Source: Octopus bimaculoides (taxonomy: Eukaryota). From it: DNA of 64,000 bases. The stretch is from contig NC_068986.1 of assembly GCF_001194135.2 (NCBI RefSeq), positions 73,503,036 to 73,567,035 on the forward strand. The letters are read 5' to 3'. Shown here in pieces: positions 24,112 to 36,614 of the stretch; position 1 is the first letter of the stretch, and every line of letters begins with the position of its first letter. Position numbers and translations under genes: made by a program. Below the pieces are notes generated by a model that had not been told where the DNA came from, did not search any database, and worked only from the letters and a program-made list of their open reading frames with translations.

Positions 24112-24512
24112 CAGGTACGTGCCATCAGCAAATACTCAGGGTAGGTAGTTGGTAACCTTTATGCAGTAAAAACACAAAAAATAAGTGAAGCATAGACGCA
24201 TGACTGATTTGAAGGCAGATTTACTTCTGCCTTTATTGCATGTAAAGAAAACGTTGTTGTAGGAATGCATGCAGCATGTATACTACAGCAGTATTGTGCA
24301 TAGCTTTACTACTGATATTGAAAAGCAGGGTGAATTATGCCTACCTAATCTACAAAAATATAAAATATTTTGCATTTTTGCATAGTAATCAGAGTAACCT
24401 TCATGATTTTATTGAATTAGGTATGTATTTTGCCATACAAGGAAAATGTTGCTATCAATCTATTTTATTTAAGGTAGGCACTGCCTACGTTGCCTACCTA
24501 GATGGCACATCC

Positions 24513-24515
<3 letters not shown>
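24112..24515. mobile_element. Probable hAT-type MITE
   Basis: Termini 'caggtacgtgccatc' and reverse-complement 'cagggatgtgccatc' form imperfect TIRs; any TSD is obscured by flanking microsatellites. Confidence 0.5.
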
Positions 24516-24553
<38 letters not shown>

Positions 24554-24619
24554 GTACTCAAGAAGACCCGTACTGCACAGCAAAAGTGTTAAGTTTGGTC
24601 CCTCTGGTGGAGTGGATTG

Positions 24620-24918
24620 CCTGCAAGAGTTTTGTGCTAGTGCCACATAAAAAGCACTCATGGCAGTGCTATGTAAAAGTGCCAGTGCAGCGTTATGTAA
24701 AAGTGCCTGTGAGGTGCCACATAAAAGCGCTTGTGCTGTGCCACGTAAAGGCATCTGGCACACTCTGTATAGTGGTTGGTGTTAGGAAGGGCATTCAGCC
24801 ATAGGAGCCATGCCAAATCAGACTGGAGACTGGTGCAGCTCCTCGTCTTGTCAGCTCTGGTCAAATGATCCAACTCATGTCAGTTTGGACAACGGGCATT
24901 AAATGATGATGATGATGA
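24620..24918 (+). mobile_element. RTE LINE 3' end with degenerate ~24-bp tandem array
   Basis: Repeated 'gtgccacataaaa/gtgctatgtaaaagtgcc' units, then the family terminus and (GAT)n. Confidence 0.7.
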
Positions 24919-25476
24919 CATATATCTAGTTATTTCATGTTATGCTAGTTGGTGCATGGTACCAGAATCTTTGACAAACTACTCCAAATTGTTGTTAGGG
25001 TATCTGCATTAGTGGAAGTCAAGACCAGCTATTTTGTACTGGCATCGACTCGTATTAGTCGTAATAATGAAGTCAGACCTAATAGTAATATTTTGAAATC
25101 ATTTAATATGTGCATTTTGAAAGATGTATCAGAGCATTTCAAAAATAGTTTTGAAATGCTTTAACCGATGGATGAATTTCCTGTTATGTACTATGCAAGC
25201 CTGAGATGCATGTTAAATGATTTCAAAACATCACTGTTTGGTTTGACTTATTATTACAACTAATATGACTCAATACCAGTACAAACTAGCCAGTTTTGAC
25301 TCCACTTGTGTGTATATTCTAATGACAACTTGGAGGAGTTTTTTTGTATTTGACTCGAGTTGAAAATTCTGGTAGATATACATATATGAAAGTGTGTGTG
25401 TGTTTGTGTGTGCGTGTACATAATAGGATAACAGTATCTTTGGCAGTCAATCAACCTTGAGCACTAACTGTATGTA

Positions 25477-25905
25477 TCAGGTCATCCCATAAGTTCTGTC
25501 CGATTTTACCTTTTTTAAAATTGAATGAAATTTAATAGTATCTTAGAATGTCTAATGGAATTAAAAATTATTCTTATGCATTTGTGTACATTTAAACTAA
25601 TTAACTATTATTTTACAGATTAATAGAATTAAAATTTCTTTGATTAAAACCCTTTCTAACATGGAAGTATCCAAAGAGTATTTAAGGCACATAATGCTTT
25701 ATGAGTACAAAAAAAGAAACCGCTGCAGCCGAAGCGGCTCGAAACATACACTCAGTTTATGGGAGAGAATGCTTGAATGAAAGAAGTTGCAGAAGATGGT
25801 TTGCAAAATTCAGAAGTAGAGATTTCAGCCTTGGAGATGAAGATCAAACAGGACGTCCAATTGAGTTTGATGATAAGCTCCTTGAGGCATTACTTGAAGA
25901 AAATA
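25477..25905 (+). mobile_element. Mariner 5' fragment (TIR plus N-terminal HTH domains)
   Basis: TA|tcaggtcatcccataag TIR-like start; MEVSKEYLRHIMLYEYK then frameshifted ARNIHSVYGRECLNERSCRRWFAKFRSRDFSLGDEDQTGRPIEFDD. Confidence 0.85.
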
Positions 25906-26849
25906 TATATATTTCACATGAATGTACTGAAACAGTGTGTGTGTATAGTTGGTAAATATTATGGCAATACACTGTATTGTAGTAATTGGGCTGAACTGCG
26001 TATGTGTGCATATCACCTGGCTCTGAACAGTGTGTATACTTAACAGATTAAGATATTTCCTCTTAGGTGTGTACTTAAGTAAGTGTGCATGCATATTCAT
26101 ACTTTGTGGTTGCATTTTTATGAATGTCAAAGTCTTTCACCGTGGGTGGACACTCCTGTTATTCAATTGGCTATTGTTTATCTGCTGACACTAAATAATA
26201 ATTATGTAGGGTGATTGCTATGTAGTCACAGTATTATTTACTACAGTGAATTGATACTTTGAGGTAGGGTGTAGAGTGTATTGTGCAATATATGTGTTTT
26301 AATGAATGGGCATTGGGGAAATGAGGATATGTTTTAAGGTCATGCCCAGACTTATTTGCCTTCCTTTGTTGATATGAATATCTAAGTTCACAAAATATCT
26401 TAAGTGGTAAGTATTAGTATACATTAATTTTGTATTCTTATTATATTCAATGAAACTGTACAATAATGCAAGATTCAAATTGAAAATTATAAAACACAAA
26501 TTGATTTCATTTATTTTAGTGTGGTGGAGCTAAGGAGTGATATATTGGATGACCATTCTATTGCATCACTCTAAATGTACGTTGCCTTGTATGTATGATA
26601 ACATTATTCTGAAGCTCAAAGTGATGCATAAAATTTCAGTGATGGTACATGTTTCATATTGGTAGTCTAACTGTATTAATTATGTTGTGGTTTATGCTGG
26701 AGTTTATATACTTGTGTGATAGCCATTGTTATATCATAATTGTAGTCTTGTGCAGGATTTCTATCTATCTATCTATCTATATATCTATCTATCTATCTAT
26801 CTATCTATGTAGTTGTTAGTATGGATGCGTGATGTTAGTGGGGATAGTT

Positions 26850-27620
26850 TAGTAGATGGCAGGGAATATGGTGTGTAGGTGGGTTTAATTTATTGTTGTG
26901 CTGTTAAGTGTTGGGGCTGAAGTGTTGTTTCAAGAAGTGAATGGTTTCTCTTAATGTTAATATATCTAACTTCTCTATGAAACAGAGGTTGTGTCTGCTG
27001 TCTTGTCTGCTATATCTGTTTTACCAATAATGTTTCAATTTGTGGGTGAATTATCCACTCTACAGTCCTTTAGATTCTGTATCTAAAGTGTCATAGCCTT
27101 ACGCTTGCTTCTGTCTTTGAATGAAGTCATATGCTGCATGAATCTTTCTCACAGATATTCCATGAGAGTTCAGTATAGTCTTTATCATGTCTTTTACATT
27201 GAGGATGTCAAGTCATAATTGTAGATGTTTCTCAAGGCCTTAACTGTTCAGAGAACAGTTTTCAGTGGATCTGTAGTTACACAACCGTTGTGGAATGCTA
27301 CCAGTGGCATATGGTGGTTGTTGTATTGGGTGTGTTGCCACACCCAATGCTACCAAATTTCAAGCAATGGTATAACAAAAGTTTCCCAATATGATTTGTG
27401 ATTAAATTAATGAGTAAGGTTAATATTTATAATAAATTTGCCATTTCTGATGGGTGTGCAATGTACACCTAGCACACCTGGAATATATGTCCTTGAATGT
27501 TAAATGAGTTAATTTTGTCGTAATTGATTATTTGTGAATCTGTGTTTGAGAGGCAGCTTTAAATATCTGTGATAGTTGAAAATTTTATGACATTCACATG
27601 AAGTGAGTTTTGATCAGGAT
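26850..27620 (-). mobile_element. Penelope-like element relic (GIY-YIG endonuclease region)
   Basis: Minus-strand fragments ERFMQHMTSFKDRSKRKAMTL..NLKD...NIIGK and HNLCFIEKLDIL match the C-terminal motifs of Penelope GIY-YIG domains. Confidence 0.65.
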
Positions 27621-27651
27621 GAGGGAACATCCAGCTGTTTGTTGCTATATT

Positions 27652-28530
27652 CAGGGTGTTTGGGCTAAATTTGCATAAAAGGAAAAGAAAACACAGTATT
27701 CCATCCAAGAATAAAAATAATCAAAAATGATTTAAAAAATGTCAACTAGATTATAACTGGAAGATGACAGTTTACTCAAAGTAGCCACCCTCAGCTTCCA
27801 CCATAGCCTCAAGATGTCTCTGGAATCTGACATGTGTTTCTCACTGTGTCCCTGGGAAAGTCTTTGAATACCTCCTTAATCTTGGCCATTAATTCAGTCT
27901 TTGTATTGCAGGTAGAGTGGTTGGTGTCTTTCTCAACCACACCCCACACATAGTAATCCATGGGATTACAACACGGTGAATTGGAGAGCCAGAAATTGGG
28001 GCTGGTGAAGTCATAGAAATTCTGTGACAACCACTTCTGAATCTTTCTGGAGGTATGGCAAGGAGCTGAATCCTGCTGCCACACATTTGGCCTTCCAGCA
28101 AATCTCTCCAATCAGGGATTGATCACTATTTCCAGCAGCTTCACACAGCTGTCTGAATTGAGCCTAAAGCCCTGCTCAAGAATGTGGGGGATGTCTGTCA
28201 TGTGGATGCAGTCAAAACACCTGCTGTGTCTGATCTTGCTAGCCAGAGCTTTGTAGTCGCCATTGTAGCTGTCCATGTTATGTCTTACAGCCTTATATAG
28301 TGTTAACAAAGCTTTGAGAGCTAGTCATTGATGATGGCAGGAATTTTCATAATACAGGTAACTATTTTCCAATATTCAGATGGCTTCCAGTCCTCCATGT
28401 CAGTTAACTTTTCCTCAAATATTATGTAATAATCTTTATGCTTTCCATTGCCACTGACTGTTCACCAGTATATCAAGCTATTCCTGAAAAAGAGACATAA
28501 AAAATGGTCGAATCTATCTCAAACACCCTC
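27652..28530 (-). mobile_element. Internally deleted DD37D (maT-type) element, second family
   Basis: WQQDSAPCHTSRKIQKWLSQNF...SNSPCCNPMDYYVWG; imperfect TIRs 'agggtgtttg' at both ends. Confidence 0.85.
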
Positions 28531-29037
28531 TATATCTAGGTGCCTGTGTGTGCATGGAAGTGCAGCTACTAGATTTAGTGCTGGTTGACACTTGAACTCT
28601 CTGTTAACAAATTTACAGGCTGCTTTTTACATTTAACAGACTTATAAAAACTATGTCACAGGTGTCTGTTGTATAAGGAATAATTAAAAACACATAAAGT
28701 ATCGTTACGTAGCCATATGGTTTATACATTTTTGGGGGTTAGAAAATGATATCTGCTGACTTATTGTTTTATGCTTGTCATTTCCTGCATTTCTCATCAT
28801 ATGTATTGATCAGTGGGATTAAATAGTAGTTTACTCTGTATTTATTATTTTTTCTTTTTTCTTTCTTGGTTTTACTTGTGATATGCAAATCTGTCACATA
28901 AGCACATAAACTGGCTGTAGGTATGAATTTATGATGATACAAGTTTTCTGTAGGAAATGTATTATATAAAGGATTCTATGAGCTAACATTTAATTGTATC
29001 AATATAATGATACACCTTGAGTCTATAGTTGCATTTA

Positions 29038-30252
29038 TTGGGTCATCCCATAAATAATGCATTTTTTTTAATACTTATTTTATTTTTCAAAATTAAGATA
29101 AACAAAGTTCTTTTTTAATCTAAAATATACTCTCCTTCATTTTCTACACAGATCTTCCATCTATCTGGTAGACTTGCAAGGCCCCTCTTCCAAAATTCAC
29201 TTGTTCATGATGAAAAATACTCCTCCAATACTGTTCTGACCTTGTCTACAAAATTAATATTTTTTCCATCCAAATGATTTTGAAGACTGTGGAATAAATG
29301 ATAATCAGATGGGCAAATTCTGGCAAATATGGTTGGTGGGGCATTTGTTTCCCATTCAAACTGCTCTAGCCTTTGGAATGTCATCTTCATTATATGTGGC
29401 CGAGCATTATTCTGATGGAAGAACACCCTTCATCTTGAAACCAATGATAGTCGTTTTTCTTCTAGTGCTGACTTAAGCTGCTCACAGTAGATCTCCTTTG
29501 TTATTGTTTGGTTTGGCTTTAAAAGTTCAAAGTGGACTAAACCTTTCATATCCCACCAAACAGATAACAACACCTTATGTGGGTGAAAGCCTTCTTTAGC
29601 CTGGGCTGCTGGTGTTTCTCCTTTCTCTACTCACTGTCTTTGGTGCTTGACATTTTTATAGAGAACCCATTTCTCATCACCAGTCACTATTTGGTCCAAA
29701 AAAGGTTAATGTGTGAGACGTGACAGCAAAGAAGAGCCCACATTCACTCTCTGTGTGCAATTAGACTTGGAAAGTTTGCGAGGAACCCATGACCCAATTT
29801 GCTGACTTTTCTGATGACACGCAGGTGTTGATGAATGGTTGAATATCCAAGTTTCTCTGCTAATTCCTCAACAAGTATGATGAGATTTTGTTCCACCAGG
29901 GTTTGCAAGACGTCCTTGACGAGCTCTACAAATCTTCCAGGACAAGGCTTGTCTTTTAGGCTGTAGTTTCCAGCTCAAAATTTCTGGAACCACTGTTGAC
30001 ACTGGCTTACACTTATAGTCCAATCCCCATATACTGCATTAATGTTCCTCGCACTTTCCATTGTGTTGTTGTCTTTATTGTCACTTCCATCATAGCTTTG
30101 AAAAAATAACTGTTAAAATTGAACTGCACTTTCCAAAACTTGCACTAAAAATAAGGACAAGGTAAAATTACTACCTTGCTTTTATAGCAAGTTGATGCGG
30201 GTAGCTTATCTCCGACTTTTGAGAAAATCGCATTACTTATGGGATGGCCCAA
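29038..30252 (-). mobile_element. Near full-length decayed mariner (DD34D)
   Basis: TIRs ttgggtcatcccataaataatgc and reverse-complement ttgggccatcccataagtaatgc, TA on both sides; FFHQNNARPH...PSDYHLFHSLQNHLDGK. Confidence 0.9.
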
Positions 30253-30511
30253 TATTAGACAATAATATAGTAAGACACCTAAATCCAAATGTTGGTGAAA
30301 CAATTTTCTGTTTATGTAATAAAACAATTTGCTCACTCCACACTCCTTGGTCATCATTATATTAATTCTACAGATATTATGGAGTTTCGGAAATATGATC
30401 TGTTAAAAAATCAACCCCTAACATATAGACACATCTAATAACCTCTACCTATTATTGAGGAGCTTAGAAGAGTAAACTCTAGGGTTAACATCTGAATAAA
30501 ATATATATATA

Positions 30512-30729
30512 CAAGGGGGTGCTGAAAAGTTCCTGGCTTTGGGTAAAAGAAAATACAGGAAGATCAGTTAATTGTGATTTTATTCAACATATTCCGCTCT
30601 CAGATTCACATATATATTGCAGCAGTCCTTCAGTTTTTCTAAGCCCTTTAAAAGAACTCAGAAGGTGGGGCTGGCAACCAGGCCTTTTGCAATATCTTTT
30701 GAAGCCTGGAACTTTTCAGCACCCCATCA
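30512..30729. mobile_element. Mariner-type MITE (218 bp)
   Basis: TIR core ggggtgctgaaaagttcc(t/a)ggctt at both ends; TA flanks. Confidence 0.9.
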
Positions 30730-30744
30730 TATATATATTATTTA

Positions 30745-30960
30745 ATTCTTTTACTTGTTTTAGTCATTATACTGCGGCCTTGCAGGGGGAACTGCTTTGA
30801 ATTTTTAATCAAAAGCATTGACCCCAGTACTTATATATTTGTTTAAGTCTGGTTCTTATTCTATTGGTCTCTTTTGCCAAACTGGTAACTTATGGGGATG
30901 CAAACACACTAACATTGGTTGTCAAGCAGTGGTGGTGGGACAACCACAGACACAAAAGCA
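30745..30960 (-). mobile_element. SINE family A 3' part
   Basis: 'ttttacttgttttagtcat...ttattctattggtctcttttgccaaac...ggttgtcaagc'. Confidence 0.7.
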
Positions 30961-30984
30961 CACACACATGTATATATATATATC

Positions 30985-31240
30985 ATCCTCATCATCATCA
31001 TCATCATCATTTAACGTCCGCTTTCCATGCTAGCATGGGTTGGACGATTTGACTGAGGACTGGTGAAACCAAATGGCTACACTAGGCTCCAATCTGATTT
31101 GGCAGAGTTTCTACAGCTGGATGCCCTTCCTAACGCCAACCACTCCGAGAGTGTAGTGGGTGCTTTTACGTGCCACCGGCACGAAGGCCAGTCAGGTGGT
31201 ACTGGCAACGGCCACGCCTAAAATGGTGTATTTTACGTAT
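30985..31240 (-). mobile_element. RTE LINE 3' end, young copy
   Basis: (CAT)n then 'ttaacgtccgctttccatgctagcatgggttggacg...'; CpGs retained. Confidence 0.8.
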
Positions 31241-31345
31241 GTATGTTCAAAACATGGGGCCTCATATTCCATTCATCCTTCTTTGAAATCCCCACAAATC
31301 AAATTGCCAGAGATCCCAAAGAAGGTAGTAAGGTTTATTGTGGAA

Positions 31346-31388
<43 letters not shown>

Positions 31389-31421
31389 TCGACACACACA
31401 CACAGACACACACTTTTATAT

Positions 31422-32192
31422 ACAGAAACCAAAGTAGTGCAGATACCACACTGCGATCTATTAAGTCTCTTCTCACGAACGACACGATGCGCCCTTTTGA
31501 GGCGGGAGGACCGATGGAGAGCGNNNNNNNNNNNNNNNNNNNNNNNNNNNNNNNNNNNNNNNNNNNNNNNNNNNNNNNNNNNNNNNNNNNNNNNNNNNNN
31601 NNNNNNNNNNNNNNNNNNNNNNNNNNNNNNNNNNNNNNNNNNNNNNNNNNNNNNNNNNNNNNNNNNNNNNNNNNNNNNNNNNNNNNNNNNNNNNNNNNNN
31701 NNNNNNNNNNNNNNNNNNNNNNNNNNNNNNNNNNNNNNNNNNNNNNNNNNNNNNNNNNNNNNNNNNNNNNNNNNNNNNNNNNNNNNNNNNNNNNNNNNNN
31801 NNNNNNNNNNNNNNNNNNNNNNNNNNNNNNNNNNNNNNNNNNNNNNNNNNNNNNNNNNNNNNNNNNNNNNNNNNNNNNNNNNNNNNNNNNNNNNNNNNNN
31901 NNNNNNNNNNNNNNNNNNNNNNNNNNNNNNNNNNNNNNNNNNNNNNNNNNNNNNNNNNNNNNNNNNNNNNNNNNNNNNNNNNNNNNNNNNNNNNNNNNNN
32001 NNNNNNNNNNNNNNNNNNNNNNNNNNGTCCTTCTTTCGTTTTCGCCGACGACAAACCATTCAGCCGCGCTTCCTCTCTCGGTCTCGGTGTCGCTCTCCAT
32101 CGGTCCTCCCGCCTCGAAAGGGCGCATCGTGTCGTTCGTGAGAAGAGACTTAATAGATCGCAGTGTGGTATCTGCACTACTTTGGTTTCTGT
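31422..32192. repeat. GC/CpG-rich inverted repeat of at least 102 bp flanking a 503-N gap
   Basis: 31422-31523 is the reverse complement of 32091-32192 with one mismatch. Confidence 0.9.
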
Positions 32193-32330
32193 TTATGAAA
32201 TCCACTCACAGGGCTTTGGCTGGCCCAAAGCTATAGTAGAAGACACTTGCCCAAGGTGTCACACAGTGGAACTGAACCTGGAACCATGTGGTTGGGAAGC
32301 AAGCTTCTTACCACACAGCCACACCTGCAA
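32193..32330 (-). mobile_element. SINE family A 5' part
   Basis: 'aaatccactcacagggctttgg...gaagacacttgcccaagg...ttaccacacagccacacctgc'. Confidence 0.8.
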
Positions 32331-32340
32331 NNNNNNNNNN

Positions 32341-32398
<58 letters not shown>

Positions 32399-32552
32399 TA
32401 CACACACACACATACACACACACACACACACTGTAAAGTCCTTGTCAGTTTGGTTTTTACAATAAATTAGAACCTACTTTCACTATTGAGTTATCACATC
32501 AGTTATTCTTTTTATGTTCTTAAATTCACTTTAAAATAATAACCTCACCTTA

Positions 32553-32613
<61 letters not shown>

Positions 32614-32984
32614 TGCATGTGAATAATAGGGTGAAATTTTCTTGAAATCTTTTCTTGTATCTGTCATCTCCTGTTTGCCATAAATTTCAATGGCTATTTC
32701 TTTCCCATATGTTATTATGTGAATAATATTTCATTGTGAATTAACTTTCGCACATGTGTACAACTTTATGGCAGTCACAAAGCAAGCATGGGAAACATAT
32801 TTGTATTATGTAAAAGTACAACTGTGAAAACCTTTGTTAATGCTTAGTAACTGTGTAAATGATAATTTGGTGTGAAATAACTTCAGATACATTACAGAAT
32901 AAATACAAACGTTGAATGCCAGAGAAATTTAATCTTTCTCAGCTTATTACTTAGGTACATGAGATTTTAATGACAACCAGGTCA

Positions 32985-33867
32985 GAAATAGTTAAATCTT
33001 GAAAAGGATTTGCGTACACACACATGCATTTTTGTGTATATGTGTATTTACACATGCATGCACAAATGAGTATGTGTATGTGTGTGTTTATGCATGTGTA
33101 CATGTCTGCTTGCATATAATGAGTGTGTATGTGTGTGTTTATGCATGTGTACATGTCTGCTTGCATATAATGAGTGTGTATAGGCATGTATGAATATGTA
33201 TATATTTGTTTTTGAATCAATTTATTCATGTGCATGTTTGCAAGCTTATATATTTGTGTATGATGTTTGTGTATGTGTGGTATTTGCTTGTGCGTGTGTC
33301 TATGTATGCATGTGTGTGTGTGTAATGTTTGTGCATGCATGCATGTGTGTGTGTAATGTTTGTGCATGCATGCATGTGTGTGTGTGTAATTTTTGTGCAT
33401 GCATTTGTGTGTGTATAAACATGTTTGCACAAATGCATATGCATGTATATATGAATACGTATATATTTGGTTTTTAAAAATGCTTATTCATATGTATGTT
33501 TGCATGCTTATATATGTGTGCATGTGATATTTGTGTGCATGTTCACATATATGCACAAGCATGTATGCATATGCATGTGTAGACAGGTATATGCATATCA
33601 GGTGTGTATATTCATGTATGAATATGTATATATATTTGTTTTTAAATATATTCATGTTTGTTTGCAATGGATGTGTGCATGATGTGCATGTGTGTCCATG
33701 TGTGCATGTGATGTGTACATGCCTGTTTACATATATGTACACAAGAGTGTATGTATGTGTATGTATGCATGTGTAGATGTGTGTCAGTCTATCATGAGTG
33801 TGTGTATGCATGTATGAGAATGTATATATTTGTTAATATATTTACTCATATGTTTGTTTTGCAAGCT

Positions 33868-33914
<47 letters not shown>

Positions 33915-34110
33915 ACATATGTGCACAAATGTATATGTGTCTCTATATGCATGTGTACATGTGTGTCTGCATCTAATGTGTGCACACATGTATGAGTATG
34001 TGTATGTCTCTTATTAAATATATTTACATGCATCAATGTGCGCATGTGTTTTTACATGTGTGCACAAATATGTATGCGTGTGTGTATGCTCGTATGAACA
34101 TGTATATACT
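32985..34110. repeat. Degenerate (TG/TA/TGCA) low-complexity array with higher-order units
   Basis: Recurrent 'gtatgaatatgtatatatttgttttt' anchor and a ~51-bp tandem duplication near 33070-33180. Confidence 0.8.
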
Positions 34111-34114
34111 TGTA

Positions 34115-34556
34115 TTCTTTTACTTGTTTCAGTCATATGATTATGGCCATGCTGGAGCACCACCTTAAAGGGTTTTAGTTGAATAAATCGGCCCCAAGAC
34201 CCCAAGCCTAGTACTTACTCTATCGGTCTCTTTTGCTGAACTGCTAAGTTACGGGGACATAAACACACCAGCATTGGGGGGACAAATGCAGAAACACACA
34301 CACATGCACATGCATACACACATATGTCCACACACACAGACACACAAACACATATACCACACAGACACATACACACACACACACACACGCACACACACAT
34401 GATAGCCTTCTTTCAGTTTCCATCTACCAAAGTCATTCACCAGGCTTTCGTCGGCCTGAGGCTATAGTAAAAGACATTTGCCCAAGGTGCCATGCAGTGG
34501 GACTGAACCTGAAACCATGTGGTTGGGAAGCAAACTTCTTACCACACAGCCATGCC
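34115..34556 (-). mobile_element. SINE family A, full length
   Basis: Colinear with 47372-47765 in reverse orientation. Confidence 0.85.
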
Positions 34557-35018
34557 AGTGCCTCTATGTTTGCTTTCAAATTTATTTATTCATGAATATG
34601 TTTGCAAGCTCATATACCTGTGTGATTTGTGCATGTGTGTGTGTGTTTGTATGTTTGTGTATGTTAATACTTGTAGAAGAAAAAAATTTGCGGATTCACT
34701 TCATATCAAACGAAATCCCCTTGTTTATCTGACATCACTCATAATGAACTCAAATATTGGGATAAAAGACAATAATCAATACACTACATGTAATATTAAT
34801 TACAGATCTTCACTGCATCAATCTCCAGTCTTGGCTTACCTTCTTTCATATATTTCAAACTGACACTTAAGAAAGTTCATTCATTCATTGATTAAAACAA
34901 CTAATTGGCTGCTTATTATTGGCATTATAGCATTTGTCACGGTATTTCATTAAAGTAATTGGACACACATACATATTTTCCTTGTTATTCCCATGAATTT
35001 TACAACCTTTTATTTATT

Positions 35019-35382
35019 TATTACCTCCGCCTTAGCGAAGGCAGAGGTATTGATTTTAGTCGTGTTTGTTTGTCCATGGACAAGATATTTCATGAACCTC
35101 TGGATGGATTCGGATGAAACTTTCAGGGATGTTTGGCCTTGTGACTAGCATGAACCGATTAGATTTTGGGATCGATCTAGCACTGGACAAGAATTCTGGA
35201 TTATTTTTCCTGTTTTTTTACTTAATTTTTGAGAGCAGTCAGGCTCATTTTTAGTATTCTCATTTGTGAGAGCAGTCAAGTTTATTTCAGATATTCTCAT
35301 TTTAGAAAACATCTCTGGCTAATCATTGAGAGGACTTGGGTGTTACCTTGGTGAGGTTTGCACTCTCTGAGTGTTCTTGTTT
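35019..35382. mobile_element. Helentron-associated (HINE/DINE-1-like) non-autonomous element
   Basis: 5' 'acctccgcc...ggcagaggt' inverted repeat, GTTT tract, 3' 'ccttggtgaggt' inverted to the 5' end, terminal hairpin 'cactctctgagtg', T-rich flanks; classification is by structure only. Confidence 0.5.
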
Positions 35383-35494
35383 TATTGTATTTTATCTTTT
35401 GATAATCTTCATACAAATATGATTAAGAAATAATTTATGCAAACAACCTGTTAATATCAGTTACAAAAATACTTCCTACCAAAAATATCTGGGA

Positions 35495-36130
35495 ATCAGG
35501 TGTAGGTGTACGTACAGTTGAGTGGTAAGACGCTTGCTCCCCAACTGCATAGTTTTGAGTGCAGTCCCACTACATGGTACATTGGGGAAGTGTCTTCTGC
35601 TATAGCCCTGGGCTGAACAAAAGCCTTGTGAGTGGATTTGGTTGATGGAAACTGAAAGGAGCCCGTCATAAATATATATGTGTGTGTTGGTGTGTTTGCA
35701 TGTGTTTGTGTTCATCTTTGTTTCTTGCCACACCTTGACACTTGGTGCTGGTTTGTTTACATCCTTGTAACTTGGCAGTTTGACAAACGTATCCTAAAGA
35801 ATAAGTGCCAAGCTTAAAAAAAAAAAAGTACTGGTGTCAAATTATTTGATGAAACCCTTTAACCCTTTCATTACCACATTTCTGTTGAGATGCTCTGTGT
35901 TTCTTTCAAGTAATTTTAAATATAACAACAGATTTAGTAAAATAACTTAGTTATCATTAAGCTAGTGTTAAGAACATAAATTGGGACTAAGGTTTGGTGG
36001 AAGATTTTAATTCAGAACTTATGAAAACAAGACATTTATACTACGGAACCAGAGGCGATTTCAACTGGATTGGTATTGAAAGGGTTAATGTAGTGCCCAG
36101 CTTGCCTGCAGTCCAATGACTGAAACAGAG
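35495..36130 (+). mobile_element. SINE family A interrupted by a MITE
   Basis: The tail motif 'aaaccctttaa|ggtggtgc' is split by the 35863-36084 insertion. Confidence 0.75.
35863..36084. mobile_element. piggyBac-type MITE (222 bp) with TTAA target duplication
   Basis: TTAA|ccctttcattacca ... tggtattgaaaggg|TTAA. Confidence 0.85.
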
Positions 36131-36557
36131 AAAAAGATAAAAGATAGAAATCAGTTTACTATTTTCCAATTAGATGTTTCTAGTTTTTCTTTAAAGGATT
36201 TTTTCCCCTGACAAGTCACATACTTTTGTGATCATGTATATACCAAAAATAATCTTACTTTATTTGTTGCATTCAGTTATTGGAAATTTAATGGTTTGTT
36301 AGACAAAAATCAATAAAATTATAGTTAGAACATTTTAATAGTTGCTGATTATCCTTTGGATAAATTCAAGGAATTAAACTTGACCTTTGAAATTATCTGC
36401 AGAATGAAAAAGAATAGTTCCTCTGTTAATAATGAAACATTTTTAATGAATTTCTTGTTGAAGTTTTGCTCTTAGGAGTATCTTGGGGTATTCCATTTGA
36501 AGAACACAGTAAAAGCATGAAAGATGACAGTATTTGGTTATATAATCTTGTATTGAT

Positions 36558-36614
<57 letters not shown>

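Noticed and set aside
29205-29426. SETMAR-like or ZMYM1-like host gene assignments for mariner and hAT fragments
   Set aside because: TIRs, TA duplications, stops and frameshifts show these are transposon relics, not domesticated genes
31160-32236. Long ORFs (up to 358 aa) in the track here and at 40868-41929, 12239-12730 and 50908-51345
   Set aside because: They are open only because they run through N gaps and (TA)n repeats
36474-36510. GVSWGIPFEEH and similar short AG/GT-bounded frames (also about 40473-40495, 37860-37940 and 20372-20450)
   Set aside because: Each is isolated, with ambiguous frame and no recognisable homology
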